DNA from: Mustelus asterias
Taxonomy: Eukaryota
Assembly (NCBI RefSeq): GCF_964213995.1
Contig: NW_027590144.1
Span: 1,178,001-1,242,000 of the forward strand
Length of the DNA stretch: 64,000 nt
Direction: 5' to 3'
Notes under the pieces: model-generated
Seen by the model: the letters and a program-made list of their open reading frames with translations, nothing else
The model's database searches: none
What the model was told of the DNA's origin: nothing
Translations under genes and position numbers: made by a program
In this document: one piece after another, positions 47,586 through 61,600 of the stretch
Position numbering within the stretch: the first letter of the stretch is position 1
How the letters are laid out: each line of letters starts with the position of its first letter

Positions 47586-49138
47586 AAATAATTGCTATTA
47601 CGTTTAATCATGTTATGGTAACTTATTCAGTATTTACTTGCACATTCTATGCCTCAGTCAATACCTAAAGTTAATAAATTGCTCTGGACGCTTTTGAATG
47701 TGATGCACAGCTGGCCATTCCGCTGCCAAGGCAATGCATCTTTCAAATGACGAACTGAACTTCTCTCCTTTCTTTCTCTGTTGCAGATTGTACTTAAATC
47801 AGATAACTTCCCTTCACTCTGCCAGTCTCTACTCACTCACTTACACAGGTACCCAGGAGCCGGATCTGGCTACGAGTTGAAAATAAAATGTTCATTTTTT
47901 GCTTAAGGCACCTTGTGACTGAAAAGATGAAGCACATAAATTTCATCAGCGGAAAATTCAGTGCTGGAAACAGGTCAGTTCACTCAATTAATCTCTCTCC
48001 CCGATTTCTCTCACACAACATTTAAAACACTTACAGTTTCTATTTTAGAACATCTCTGGGGAAAAAAATGTTGCTTTAATATTCCCTCTTTTCTCTTAGT
48101 GATAATCTTCAGTCTATCTTCCCTTCAATTAATCTATGTAAGCCGCAAATGTGATCATTTTCTTGAATCATTCAAATGGCAATGGAAGTGAATGTAATGC
48201 TGAGACCGGCAGCAACCTGTGTGAATGTTCTTGATGCTTTCAGAGTGCGTTCACCCTCACAGGCAGGAAGACTGTTCACGGTGATAACATCAAACTGGTC
48301 CCGGTTGTTTCTTTCTCAGGTAACACAACTTCCTGTTTCTCTGCTGCCGGTTCCAAACCGCACATCTCACTTCTGAGCAGAAAATAAATCCAGAGACCAC
48401 AATCTGGTGGGGACATCTGTCAATGCGGCCTATATCTGTCAACAAAATCAGGGCAGAGTCACACAGATCACATTGCGGTGACATTTAAAAATGTGATCTG
48501 TTCAGAGTTTCCATTCGGGGACACAACTGGATGGTCAGTGGATCAGTCACTGAGCCCTCCCGGGTTCCGTGAAGGAAGAAAATGATAGCTGTAATCTTTC
48601 ACTGTTTGATCATTTTCGCTCCATCTGCTATTTATTTTTTGTTCTTCATCTTTTATCTGCCAGCACCCCGTTTTTCTTTCTCCTAACTCTCCCGGTGTCT
48701 CTCGCTATCTCCTTGCCAGTTTTTTGAACACTTTTATTAGTGTTCATAATCATAAAGTTGTGAGTGGGTTAATTAAAGAGAGAATGTTTCAACTGGGAGG
48801 ACGGTCAGCAACCAGTGGGCACAGATTTGTTTTATTGAGCAGAGAGACAGAAATATAATTGTTTACTTTTACACAAGTGTTATTATGAACTGGAATGAAC
48901 AGCTTGAAAGGGTGATTGAATCAGATTTCACAGCAACTTTGGAAAATAAATTCGATATATCCTTCATAGGATTAAAATTTGAAGGATTTTTGAGAATGGG
49001 AGCATTTTAATGGTTCATCTATATCATTGACTTGGCATCCTTTTTTGTGTCTCTCCCTGTCCTTCATTAAGACTGAATAAAATGCAATATGTATACAGCT
49101 GTCATCTTGCGTTAATCTTATCTTTTGACAGCACTTGG

Positions 49139-49142
<4 letters not shown>

Positions 49143-49179
<37 letters not shown>
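49143..49179. repeat. (GT)n microsatellite
   Basis: Directly visible. Confidence 0.95.
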
Positions 49180-49181
<2 letters not shown>

Positions 49182-52100
49182 TAATTGCCAAGAACCATTC
49201 CGAAATTCAATTCTATTTACTAGCTATCACTTTGAACAAATTAGCATTGGATCGAACTTCTTTAGGAAAAGCACAATCACCCTTAATATTTATTGCACTG
49301 TTCTATTTTCCTCCGATGAAGTTTTCATATTTAGACTTTTTAGTCATCATATGTCCTAATTCTGTCTGTAATTGTGGAACTGCTTTTAAGAATGAGAAGG
49401 AACAGATTGTTTTCTGTTCCTCTGACAGATTCGACATTGTTACCTCAGATAACAGAAATTCATGGAGTCCGCCATGATTGTCCCCCCTTGGGAATAATAG
49501 CTCTTAGCCAGGTGGAGTCAGTCACTCCTGCGGTTGTCATAGGTTTTCCAATCCGTGTTTGCCACACAAATCCCTGCGTCACTCGTCATGACAAAGAAAC
49601 CTGCGCTAAGACCTGAGAAATCATTGCTTCTATACATCAGGTCTAAGTCTGACTCCGGACCCAGCTATCTCTGTTAGTGATACACTGGAGCCGGTCATTC
49701 AAATTATAATGTTCTAATCCTCTGTGATTATTTTTTGGAAAACGTTACCCAATCAGTTGTGAATTAGTACCTCTATCTGATTTTGTTTCATTGGACACCT
49801 GCCGGTTATTATTGGACAAATTACTTTTACTAGAATTATGACACGCACAAAAAATGTTTATTTAAATGTTATAACATGTTCTGTCTCTCTTATTTTATAT
49901 ATCCCATACATTGGTTTACATGATTCTCCCGGCCAGTTTATGTCATCATTGCGCTAGCATATCTGTCTATGTTAGATTAGATTCCGTCTCTGATGTTAAA
50001 GCATAATTTTTAATCATTTATGGGATGTGGGCAGCACTGGCATCTGTTGCCCTTCTCTAAGTGCCCCTGACAAAGTGGTGATAAGCTGCCATCTCGAACC
50101 GCTGTAGTCCATCTTCACCAGGCAATATCATTGTTTATATCACATAAAGTCTGGCCACCCTTATGACGCACCTGATCCTGATTCATCGTTTTACCGAATT
50201 TGTACAACCTATCGACAGCAGAAAATATTTAGGATGGTTACCATAGAATTGGTGAAGGTAACGGTTAAACAGAAATTTTGCTCTTTCTCTGGAGATTAGC
50301 AGATGTTTCAATCATTTGCATCAATAGGAATGTGAAGTCTGAGAATTACAGGTGTAATTATCTCTTGGCTATATATCCAGGTTCATTTTCGCCATCATTT
50401 TCACAAATCAGCACAACGTTGAGTCTTATATCAGGAACTTCAGTGAGACACTGAGAAGATCAATTTCCAGTAATCTCCTCGTCATTCGAGATGTGATTTA
50501 TGCATTTTCCAAAAGATCTCTAAAGAGAGATAAGTCAATGCTGAGAACAAAATTGTGAGACTGAAATCATTTTGTACACAAGAGCACACAACAGAATGGT
50601 TGTCAATAAATAGTTACATATTAAATGTTATTCAGTTGAAATGCATGAACTGCGTGGTGTTTCCATACACTCATGAAAGGCACAGATGGATTGAAGGTAA
50701 TCACTGGGAAAACTGAAGGGAATTTGCTCATTTCTCCAAAGGGGGTTATTAGAAAACAGAATACTTAAAATAAATAAACACGCAAATGTCTAAGCAAGGA
50801 ACTGATATGGTATTTCTTCGACATAGAACCATAGAATTCCTACAGTTTAGAAAAACGTCCATCTGACCCACCGAGTCTGCATCGCACCCAGGCCCTCCCA
50901 TCTGCCCTATCACCGTTCGCCCCACACATTTACCATGTCGAATCCACATACCCTAAGGACAATAACGGGCAATTTTGCATGGCCAATCCATCTGATACGA
51001 TCGGTTGCAGTAGAAACAAGGGACAGATTTTGTGCAGTAATGCAGAGCCAGGGCCGAATGCACCAATTATTGATACAGCACCTGTACTAATATGAATGCA
51101 GACTGGGCCGAGTTCAGTCATTACTGAGAGAGGGTTGTTATAGTGTGTTACCAACCACCGTGGTGTTTTCTCATATAAACAGAGACATGCAGTACGCAGT
51201 TTTAGCAAAGACAAGGTCTATTCTCATATAAGCAGAGACAAGGTGTGCTGTAATTTAAGCTGAGCCAGGTTCTAGTGTAACGTGAACTCACATCGGTGCT
51301 ATCAGAACATAGGGACATGATCTAGTGTGATATAAACAGCGATGTGGCCTTGTGGAATAAACAGTGAGGCAATGCAGAGTAAAGCAATAATTGAGAGAGG
51401 ATAATGTGTAAAATGAACAGCGGCATGGTTTTACGCATTAATAAAGGAGAGAGCATCTAACGCAACAAAACAGTCACTGGGCCTGGTGTAATTTTGTCTG
51501 ATTCTGGGAATCGTATAATATAAACTGAGGCAAAGCCGATGCAGTAACTTCAAACCAAGGCTTTAGATTAATATACGTTTTCACAGGGGCAATTGCAGCA
51601 ATAAATGAAACATGAAATAGAACAATAATTAGAGACAGGATATTATTCGGTATAAACAGGGAGGTGGACTTGTGCAGCAGTAACTGAGATATTGTCGATG
51701 TTTCTTTATACGTTGCAGGTTCCAGCAATGTAATAACTGAGACAGAGCCTCGTGTAATACAGACAGTAACATGCTCGGGTGCAGTATCAGTCGAGAGGGT
51801 CTAGTGAAGTAACAACAGAGATATGGAGTATCATGAAATTAGACGAGAATTAGTTCCGTGCTGTCATAACTGCCCGAATGTACGGTGTAATATCGAATGA
51901 GGCTTGGTGCAGTATAGTGACAACTGGGATTTTGCTGAGTACAGGATCAACTGAGAATTAATGTCATATAATCAGAAATGTGATTTCGTGTCATATAAAC
52001 TGGGTCTAGTTTATGATGGACAAAGACTGATTCGATTGCAGCAATAACTGAGACGATCTCTGTTTCATGTCGTACCAAACATCACGGTTAAACTGCCATC

Positions 52101-52529
52101 TGCTGGACCACCTTTGCTATTGCAGATGTTGTGAAATGCTGATTTTAATTGCTGTTTCTTATTCTTTCATGGGCTGTATACCCAGCTGGTAAGACCAGCA
52201 TATATTGGCAATCGCTAATGCTCTGAATTTATTGGTTTTCTAGACCATCACAGAAGGCACGTAATCACCAAACACGTGTGGCCCTGGAGTCACCTATGGG
52301 CCAAACTGGGAAATGATGGAAGGTTTCCTTTTCTGCAGGGCGTTAGAGAATCTGATATATTTCTTGTCATAGCCGCAATTATGGAAACGAGCTTTAAATT
52401 CAAAATTGTGATTGCATTTTAAAACCCTGCTGTAGTTGGATTTGAATATATATCTTGAAGAAATTGCCTACCCTCGGAATTACCCTCCCAGAGATATTTC
52501 CAATATGCCACTGTCTCCCCCTTCCACAT

Positions 52530-53900
52530 TGATAAAGTGCTTACAGCAGAGAAGAAGGCAATTTTGAAGCGTCACGTATGTGTTGGCCCTCTAAAGGAGC
52601 AATTCATCCAATGGCATTCTGTACGCCACAGTCCAGCATTTTGTTCATTTTCAGACAACAATCCAATCCCTTTTTGAAACAATCAGTTGGCGCTGCCTGC
52701 ACCATACTCTCAAACAACACATTCCAGATCTGGATCACTCTCTGTCTGAAAGTGTTTTTCGTGATGTCTCCGTGCTTCTTTCACCAATTAACTTCAACTC
52801 GCGCCCTTTGTTACAAGATCCTTCTCCCATTGAACAATTCCTCTCTATCTCCTCTGTCAAGACCCCTCAGGATTTTGAAGGCCTCAATAAGATCACATCA
52901 GCAACTTCCTGTCAGGGGAATCAGTCTGAACTTCTTCAATATATTTTCGTGTCTGAGGTTTCTGATGTCTGGAACTATTCTCGTGTTTTCCCCCTGCATC
53001 CATCCTGTGAGCTTCGCATTCCTCCTCACGTTTCGAGGCCAAAATTGGACGCAATTTTTCAGTTGACTATTTTCCAGTGGTTTCTACAAATTTAGCACAA
53101 CTTCCTTGCTTCTGTATTCTTTCCCCAATAGACAAAAACTATTAACTGTTTTTATTTACCGCTGTTTCAACCTGTCTTGCACCATCAATGATTTATGCAC
53201 ATATTCACTCAGGTCCCTCGGCGTCGATATTCACTTTCATAGCGTTTTCATCATCTCCATTTGTCTCTTCACATTCTGCTTAACAAAACCAATCATGTAA
53301 CTTTTCTATGCAATAAATTAAATATCCAAATTACACGTCTATTCCACCAATTAGTTATTTTTGCGTTCTGCATGATCTATTGATGGTTGGCAATGTTTCC
53401 AAGTCTTGGATCATTCACAGATTTTGAAAGTCTGACCTCCGTATCAAGCTCTCGGTCATTACTATGACATGAAGAACAAGGGTCATATAACCTATTCCTG
53501 GCAACTTCACTACAAGCTTTGTTCCAGTCCGAAAAACAGCTACGAGTTGTTTCCTGGCACTCAACCAATTTCCTATCCATGTTGCTCCTGTCCATTTTGT
53601 TCTGTGATCTCCATATTTACTCACAAGGCTGTGGTGCAGCACCGTACCACGTGACTTTTGGACGCCCATTAAGAGAAATACCCTCACAAACAATCTCTGT
53701 CACACAGCAAAAACTCAAACAAGTTAATTAAACTCGATTTGACCTAAACAAATGCATTCTGGCTGAATTTGTCAAGAAACATATAAGTGGGATGATTTCT
53801 GCAGTGATGAAGAGAGTGAAGATATACATGCTGACGACACAAAGGTAGATCGCAAAAGTGAGCATTGGCGAGGGCATTGGGCATGTCTCGAATATTGTGT
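52530..53900 (-). mobile_element. Highly decayed CR1-type LINE
   Basis: Reverse-strand remnants of RP.LE/FW and WIGNWL motifs. Confidence 0.6.
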
Positions 53901-53914
53901 ACATTACTTGTCTC

Positions 53915-55757
53915 CATAAGACCATAAGACATAGGAGCGGAAGTAAGGCCATTCGGCCCATCGAGTCCACTCCACCATTCAATCATGGTTGATTTCAACT
54001 CCATTTACCCGCTCTCTCCCCATAGCCCTTAATTCCTCGAGAAATCAAGAATTTATCAATTTCTGTCTTGAAGACGCTCAACGTCTCGGCCTCCACAGCC
54101 CTCTGTGGCAATGAATTCCACAGACCCACCACTCTCTGGCTGAAGAAATTTCTCCTCATCTCTGTTCTAAAGTGACTCCCTTTTATTCTAAGGCTGTGCC
54201 CCCGCGTCCTAGTCTCCCCTGTTAATGGAAACAACTTCCCTACGTCCATCCTATCTAAGCCGTTCATTATCTTGTAAGTTTCTATCAGATCTCCCCTCAA
54301 CCTCCTAAACTCCAATGAATATAATCCCACGATCCTCAGACGTTCATCGTATGTCAGGCCTACCATTCCTGGGATCATCCGTGTGAATCTCCGCTGGACC
54401 CGCTCCAGTGCCAGTATGTCCTTCCTGAGGTGTGGGGCCCAAAATTGCTCACAGTACTCCAAATGGGGCCTAACCAGTGCTTTATAAAGCCTCAGAAGTA
54501 CATCCCTGCTTTTGTATTCCAAGCCTCTTGAGATAAATGACAACATTACATTTGCTTTCTTAATTACGGACTCAACCTGCAAGTTTACCTTTAGAGAATC
54601 CTGGACTAGGACTCCCAAGTCCCTTTGCACTTTAGCATTATGAATTTTGTCACCGTTTAGAAAATAGTCCATGCCTCTATTCTTTTTTCCAAAGTGTACA
54701 ACCTCGCACTTGCCCACGTTGAATTTCATCAGCCACTTCTTGGACCACTCTCCTAAACTGTCTAAATCTTTCTGCAGCCTCCCCACCTCCTCAATACTAC
54801 CTGCCCCTCCACCTATCTTTGTATCATCGGCAAACTTGGCCAGAATGCTCCCAGTCCCGTCATCTAGATCGTTAATATATAAAGAGAACAGCTGTGGCCC
54901 CAACACTGAACCCTGCGGGACACCACTTGTCACCGGTTGCCATTCTGAGAAAGAACCTTTTATCCCAACTCTCTGCCTTCTGTCTGACAGCCAATCGTCA
55001 ATCCATGTTAGTACCTTGCCTCGAATACCATGGGCCCTTATTTTACTCAGCAGTCTCCCGTGAGGCACCTTGTCAAAGGCCTTTTGGAAGTCAAGATAGA
55101 TAACATCCATTGGCTCTCCTTGGTCTAACCTATTTGTTATCTCTTCAAAGAACTCTAACAGGTTTGTCAGGCACGACCTCCCCTTACTAAATCCATGCTG
55201 ACTTGTCTTAATCCGACCCTGCACTTCCAAGAATTTAGAAATCTCATCCTTAACGATGGATTCTAGAATTTTGCCAACAACTGAGGTTAGGCTAATTGGC
55301 CTATAATTTTCCATCTTTTGTCTTGTTCCCTTCTTGAACAGTGGGGTTACAACAGCGATTTTCCAATCCTCTGGGACTTTCCCTGACTCCAGTGACTTTT
55401 GAAAGATCATAACTAACGCCTCCACTATTTCTTCAGCTATCTCCTTTAGAACTCTAGGATGTAGCCCATCTGGGCCCGGAGATTTATCAATTTTCAGACC
55501 TTTTAGTTTCTCTAGCACTTTCTCCTTTGTGATGGCAACCATATTCAACTCTGCCCCCTGACTTTCCTGAATTGTTGGGATATTACTCATGTCTTCTACT
55601 GTGAAGACTGACGCAAAGTACTTATTAAGTTCCTCAGCTATTTCCTTGTCTCCCATCACTAGATTACCAGCGTCATTTTGGAGCGGCCCAATGTCTACTT
55701 TTGCCTCCCGTTTGTTTTTAATGTATTTAAAGAAACTTTTACTATCATTCCTAATGA
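53915..55757 (-). mobile_element. Young 5'-truncated CR1-type LINE with open 554-aa RT ORF (53995-55659)
   Basis: NYRPISLTS, DFQKAFDKV, GVPQGSVLGP, KFADD; (gtcttatg) tail; possible gtctcc TSD near 53910 and 55760. Confidence 0.93.
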
Positions 55758-56244
55758 CAGTCTCCTTATCTTAAGAAATATGTAAATGCATTCGGAAAAA
55801 TTCAGAGGAGTTTTACTAAACTATTGCCAGCTATGAGCCGGTTATCTTATGAGGAAAGAATGGTACCGTCAGGTTTGTACCCACGGGAGTTTAGAAGAGT
55901 AAGAGGCAAATTGACTGCAACCTTCCAAACCCTAAGGGGTGCGAACAGTGTGGATGTTGAGCAGATGTTTCCTCTTGTCCATTGTTGTAGCTGTACTGGA
56001 TGTGTCTCTGGGTGCAGATACCTCGGGTCATGGTTCTGCGTCTGTTTGCAATGCTGTACTGTCCACGGGAGGGCGCTCTCTGATCACTTAACGAAAATCA
56101 TGGCCTCCATTTGCAGAAAGTGACTATTTGCCGATACGAAAATGGGCGGAGAAAATAAATCCCATCCAATCACATTGCACTTTCCCGGTTCTTTTGATTC
56201 AACCTTTAACTTCAATACATTTATTTAACACCAATGTCCTCATT

Positions 56245-56470
56245 CTGAATTGAATATCTCTGAAATAGACAACATTGAATTGCAAACATGACTGACCAAC
56301 AAAAGAAAGCGAGTCACTGGGAAATACACATCCCATGGTACTTTTTTGAAATTGACCACAGTCAGCTTTCAAACAAAAGCAAATATCTTTCAAGGGAAGA
56401 GACTTAAGAATGATCTGTTAGTTATATCTGATCCTTCTTTATTCTGTGTGTGAAACATTCTGGCACTTAA
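56245..56470. repeat. Diverged ~230-bp direct repeat (second copy ~57678-57905)
   Basis: Shared tatctctgaaat..tgaattgcaaacat(g/a)actgaccaacaaaag..agtcagcttt..tctgttagttata..tgtgaaacattc. Confidence 0.8.
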
Positions 56471-56916
56471 ATATCTTTCATCGACCGGAGGCCCAGCAGG
56501 TCCGCACTGATTCTCGATTTCCTCATCTGCCTGAATGGTATTTCCTATTTCTTTGTGAGGAAGAACAATTTTAAAAAGAAGCTTCGAGGCAATGTGTGCC
56601 ATTTCCTCTAGTTCAGTTAGAGTTTCACTTGTGTCTATCTTTATGAGCACGCACTACTGGGAGACATGTTTCAGATGGTGATTAAATCAGTTAGTCTGCA
56701 CCTGTAAGCATATTAAATTTTGTTGCGGACTGAACGAGTTGCGAATATGTGTACAAATAAGAAAAACATTTATTTCCTGCCATTGCATCCTAAAACACAG
56801 CATTTCTGATTTTCCTAAAGGCAATTGAGTTCATGTAAGATCCGATTTTCCGAAAACCATTTGAGTTGATGTAACATCGAGATTCACATAATGTTGAGCA
56901 ATGATGGTGGCACAGT

Positions 56917-57235
56917 GGGGGCGGCACAGTGGCACATTGGTTAGCACTGCGGCCTCACAGACACCTGAGTTCGATTCACGGCTTGGGTCACTGTCTGTGT
57001 TGAGTTTGTACGTTCTCCCCGTGTCTCTGTGGGTTTCCTCCGGGTCCTCTGGTTTCCTCCCACAGTCCAAAGATGTGCGGGTGAGGCGGATTGGCCATGC
57101 TAAATTGCCGCTTAGTGTCAGGGGGACGAACTAGCGTAAATACATGGGGTAATGGGGATAGGGCCTGGGTGGGATTGTGTTCGGTGCAGTTTCGATGGGC
57201 CGAATGGTCTCCTTCTTCACGGTATGATTCTAGGA
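56917..57235 (+). mobile_element. HE1/V-SINE-type SINE
   Basis: A/B boxes, V-domain and LINE-like tail. Confidence 0.85.
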
Positions 57236-57284
57236 AGTTAAATCATGCAGGCTTCGCACGCCCTTAATAAGAAAGGTCCAAAAG

Positions 57285-57357
57285 TGCTTCTGCCGGGTTT
57301 TGATACGGGGATCTTTCGCGCGTGAGGCGAACATGATAACCATGACATTACATGAAC
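57285..57357 (-). pseudogene. tRNA-Val(CAC) pseudogene
   Basis: GTTCATGTAATGTCATGGTTATCATGTTCGCCTCACGCGCGAAAGATCCCCGTATCAAAACCCGGCAGAAGCA (73 nt) aligns with vertebrate tRNA-Val-CAC, but the T arm and acceptor stem are damaged; followed by CTTTT. Confidence 0.8.
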
Positions 57358-59420
57358 AGCTGACAGCATACTTTAGCTAATCGGCTCCGCTGCAATGTTC
57401 AACTGCGCTGCGCTGCTGCAGGTTGCAGTAGTTAGACTGAGAGCCCATGTCGCTGAATTCAAGAAGAAAACCAGTACTTTCAAACTGATTTTTCAACTTA
57501 TCTTGAACATCAAAATTTAAAACCTTTCGTCTGGCAAATATCTAAGGGAGCATTGATTTCTGCTCATTCATTAATGCATCATTCTCACCTTCGTTCGAAT
57601 AATCTCGAACAATTGTACTCAGTATTTGTTCCCTTATTCAATATTTAATATCGATTATTTAATACATGCTCTTATTATGAATTAATTATCTCTGAAATTG
57701 AATATCACTGAATTGCAAACATAACTGACCAACAAAAGGAATCGAGTCTCCGGGTAATACAGATCCCACGGTGTTCATTTGAGAATGGCCATAGTCAGCT
57801 TTTGAACAAAGTCATCTATTTTTAAATGGAAGAGATTAAAGAATTATCTGTTAGTTATACTTAGCATTTTTAAATTATGGATGTGAAACATTCAGGCGCA
57901 TAAATTCCGGCCATCTGACGACGTATCATTGTGCATTGCGTTGGCCTTGTCCCTATTTTCTCTACACTGTTCCGTGTCATACCCAGGAATTAACGTTTAT
58001 CGCAGCTTATATTAAAGTAGGTGCTATTAATTGCTACTGTACAAGACCAGATATCATTTTACCACTTTCGCTGTGCACGTCGCATTTGGTTTTGATGTTT
58101 AAGGCAAATCATTTTATTTCACATCATGTAACTCTCTTTTTCATGTCTCGAATTTAAAACGCTGTCATTCTTTTAAATTTTGACATCTGTGAGTTTAATG
58201 TACTGTACTATGTTAAGCAGACCAATCACTTTCAAGCGTTGATATGTATTTTGTATAGATTTAGTGTAACTTGCGTAACTTTGTAATGTTACAAAGCAAT
58301 TCTGAATTGTTAATGAACTCAGACCAAGCACCGATTGAAGCGGCAAAAGCATCATTTGGAAAGTAGTTGTCTGATCAAAAACGCATTGATAAGGGCCAGT
58401 TTTAATGCCTTCCTGAAGATCAGTGAGACATGCACTGACTCAATATTATGAGATATTGCTTGCTGTCTTATATCAAGTAAATGCAGACATGAAAATTACA
58501 CTCATTTACATTCTATAAATAGCAATATATTTTATACTTGTAATGTATAAATTTCTTCATTGCATTAAAGGATATGAGCAACTTTACCATTTCATTTTTT
58601 TGTTTTAAACGTAAAGAAACGTATTTCACGAAATCATAGAGAGAAGTAACATCGAAATTCAAATAACCTGACCAAAACATAGAGTCTGAAAGGGGTCTGA
58701 CGCAAATCACTTAAATGAGGATTTGAGACGATCAGCTCAAGATATCAATCATAGCGAGAAAACAGCAAATTTCTCCATCCTTAACAAAAGGGCAAGGGAA
58801 CATTCTGTTCATGAGAGGGATGGTTCCACGAGTAGTCAATACTTAGAGGGCCAGTCAGGGCACAATGATAAATTGCATTAATAGACAACCATCACCATCG
58901 AGAATCCAATTCGTAACTACCCACCCAGACCAATCACAAATTGCTAACGCACCCCGTCGGGCAATTAAGAATTAGCCTCTGCCAACTTCGGTTAATTGTG
59001 ATGCAATAAATTCATTGGTCACGCTGTGGGTTCTGCCTTGGAATGTGTTAATAAGCAGAAACTTACACTGAGCACTTTCTGCAGCAAGTGACTGCTGTCC
59101 ATAGGAAAACTACTGTTAGGAGAAGAGAGAGACTGAGTGTCAACCTGCGCCCAAGGACGAACTAGCCTTAGCACGCTAGCTAAGTCCCGCCCTGTATTTA
59201 ATAGGTATCCACAAAGTATTAAAGATTTCCAGATTTACTTAATCAAACTGTCTCGTGTGGCCCAAGTGTTTAAAATGTCAAATGAGCATAATTCGAATTT
59301 AAGTTCAAATAATATCTTGAACGTTCATGGCCACGTGCATTATTAAGTGGTGAAGAGGCAGGTGGTATATATTTGCTAACATGAATAATTGTTTTTATGT
59401 GTCTTGCGAGCATCTCCATA

Positions 59421-59780
59421 GGGTGTCATGGTGCCACAGTGGTTAACCCTGCTGCCTAACAATACCCGGGACTCGGATTCACGTCTGGCCTTGGGTGATT
59501 GGCTGTGCAGATTTTGCGCATCCTTCCCGTGCCTGCGTGGGTTTCTTCCGGGTGCTCTGGTTTTCTCCCACTGTCCAAACATGTGCAAGTCAGGTGGATT
59601 GGCCATGATAAAAAAAAGTCTCTTCGTCCCAAGATGAGTAGTTAGATGGATTAGACATGTTGAATGTGTGGGGTTACGGGGAAAGGTTGGGGGCGAGGGC
59701 CTGTGTAAGACACTCTATCAGAGAGTTGGTGGAGACTCGATGGGCCGAATGGCTCCCTTCTGAACTGGAGGGATTCTATA
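59421..59780 (+). mobile_element. HE1/V-SINE-type SINE, diverged
   Basis: cacagtggttaac head, gcgtgggtttcttccgggtgctctgg V-domain, gatgggccgaatgg tail. Confidence 0.8.
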
Positions 59781-60941
59781 ATATTTTCATATACAATATA
59801 TGGGGGGAACGTTTAAAGTAACTGTGGGCGGTAATTCAGATTCCAGCACTCTAATTGTGAGTATGATTCAGTTTGCAGACACTGTCATGTATTACAATGT
59901 AGCGAAGCAGGGTGAAAGACGGATATGATGAGCCTGTTCAATCATTGACTCAACAAGGGAATTTAAAATGCTATCGGACTAAGACTTCGCCAAAATATCA
60001 CTTTTTCGGGATGACCATGAATCTCGATATTTTCAGCTATCATATTTTTTCATAGCTATTTGTGTGCTCGCTATCTTGAGTTGGAGAAGATGTGCTGTGA
60101 GGCAGTGATAGCAGAATAAAACAGAGAAGATAGCAATTCTAGAAACACTTCACCATGACAGGAAACGAATAGGACGCAAAACATGACAATCAGCATTTGG
60201 ATTTGCAGAACAATGATTGGCCCATGCGGTCCTCGCTGATCTGAGCGGCCACAATTCTTCGTAATTCATCTGTTGCATCATGCAATTGTTTTCATTTTTT
60301 GTGTAATGAATGGGCTGTGGGTACTTTCTTCCTCTTCAGGGTGATGCAGAAAAAATGCCATTTTATGTTATCAATTTTGGCACTTGAACTTCTGAGTTGA
60401 TTTCTTGGTGTGGTCGCAATGATGGTTTGGGATACTTTGCTGAATAAAATGTATCCGTTGTCCATCTCCCTCAGCGATATGCATCTGGAAACTATATTTC
60501 AAAAGAAAGTCAACATCAAGAAACATTCATCTTTTTTTTATATATCTCTCTTCATCCCTCTTCGGTTGCTCCGCCAATATCTTCAGTTTGTTGTTCTCGT
60601 TTTGTTCCGTCCTCCCTGAGCTGTGTTATTGGAGAGATTGCGGTCTCTGTCTTTAGAACAGCTGTGCATTGGTGTGGGACATGTATTTCCACTCGGACTG
60701 AGGAGTCGAGAGCTGGAAAACAGCAATATCAGGCAGCATTATGGGAATTGCTCCGCATCGCCCCTCATCCTTATCATAATTCCTACTCAGTACCTCCTTC
60801 GGTATTGACATCCATTCTTCCACTAACTGTTGGATTCTACGTGTAACTTCTGTTGCTTAATAAGTTTTCCTCATATACGTGGCTAAATTGTCTTCTATTG
60901 CCTGAATTAAGGCCTGAAAACCAAATTAATAATGACGAAGC

Positions 60942-61600
60942 GATTTGACTTGATTTATTATTGTCACATGTATGAGCATACAGTGAAAAGTATTTTTCTT
61001 GCGTGCTATACAGACAAAGCATACCGTTCATAGAGAAGGAAATGAGAGAGTACAGAATATAGTGTTATAGCCGTAGCTAGGGTATAGAGAAACATCAACT
61101 TAATACGAGGTACGTCCATTTAGAGGTTTGATGGCAGCAAGGAAGAAACTGTTCTTGAGTCGATTGGCACGGTCATGGGAGGAGCCTTACCAAACCCTAA
61201 TACAACCAGAAAGAATGTTTTCTATGGAGTATTTGTAAACGTTTGTGAGAGTCGGATCTAACATGGCAAATTTCCTTAGCCTTCTGAGAACGTAGAGGTA
61301 TTATTTACCATAGTGTCTGCATGGGGGGACCAGGACAGTTTGTTGGTGATCTGGACATCTACTAACTTGAAGCTCTCCATTATTGCCAGTTCGTCCCCGT
61401 TTGTGTAGGCAGAGGCATGTTCTCCACTACGCTTCCTGAAGTCGATGACGATCTCCTTCGTCTTGTTGACGTGGCGGGAGACGTTATTGCCGTCGCAACA
61501 GTTTACCAGATTCTCCATCTCTTTCCTGTACTCTGTCTCATCATTGCTTGAGATCCGAACCACTACGGTGGTGTCGCCAGCAAACTTGAAAATAGCGTTG
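60942..61600 (-). mobile_element. Rex1/Babar-like LINE 3' part
   Basis: ORF 61276-61665 IFKFAGDTTVV...NKTKEIVIDFRK; (aaatc)-type tail at 60942. Confidence 0.75.
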
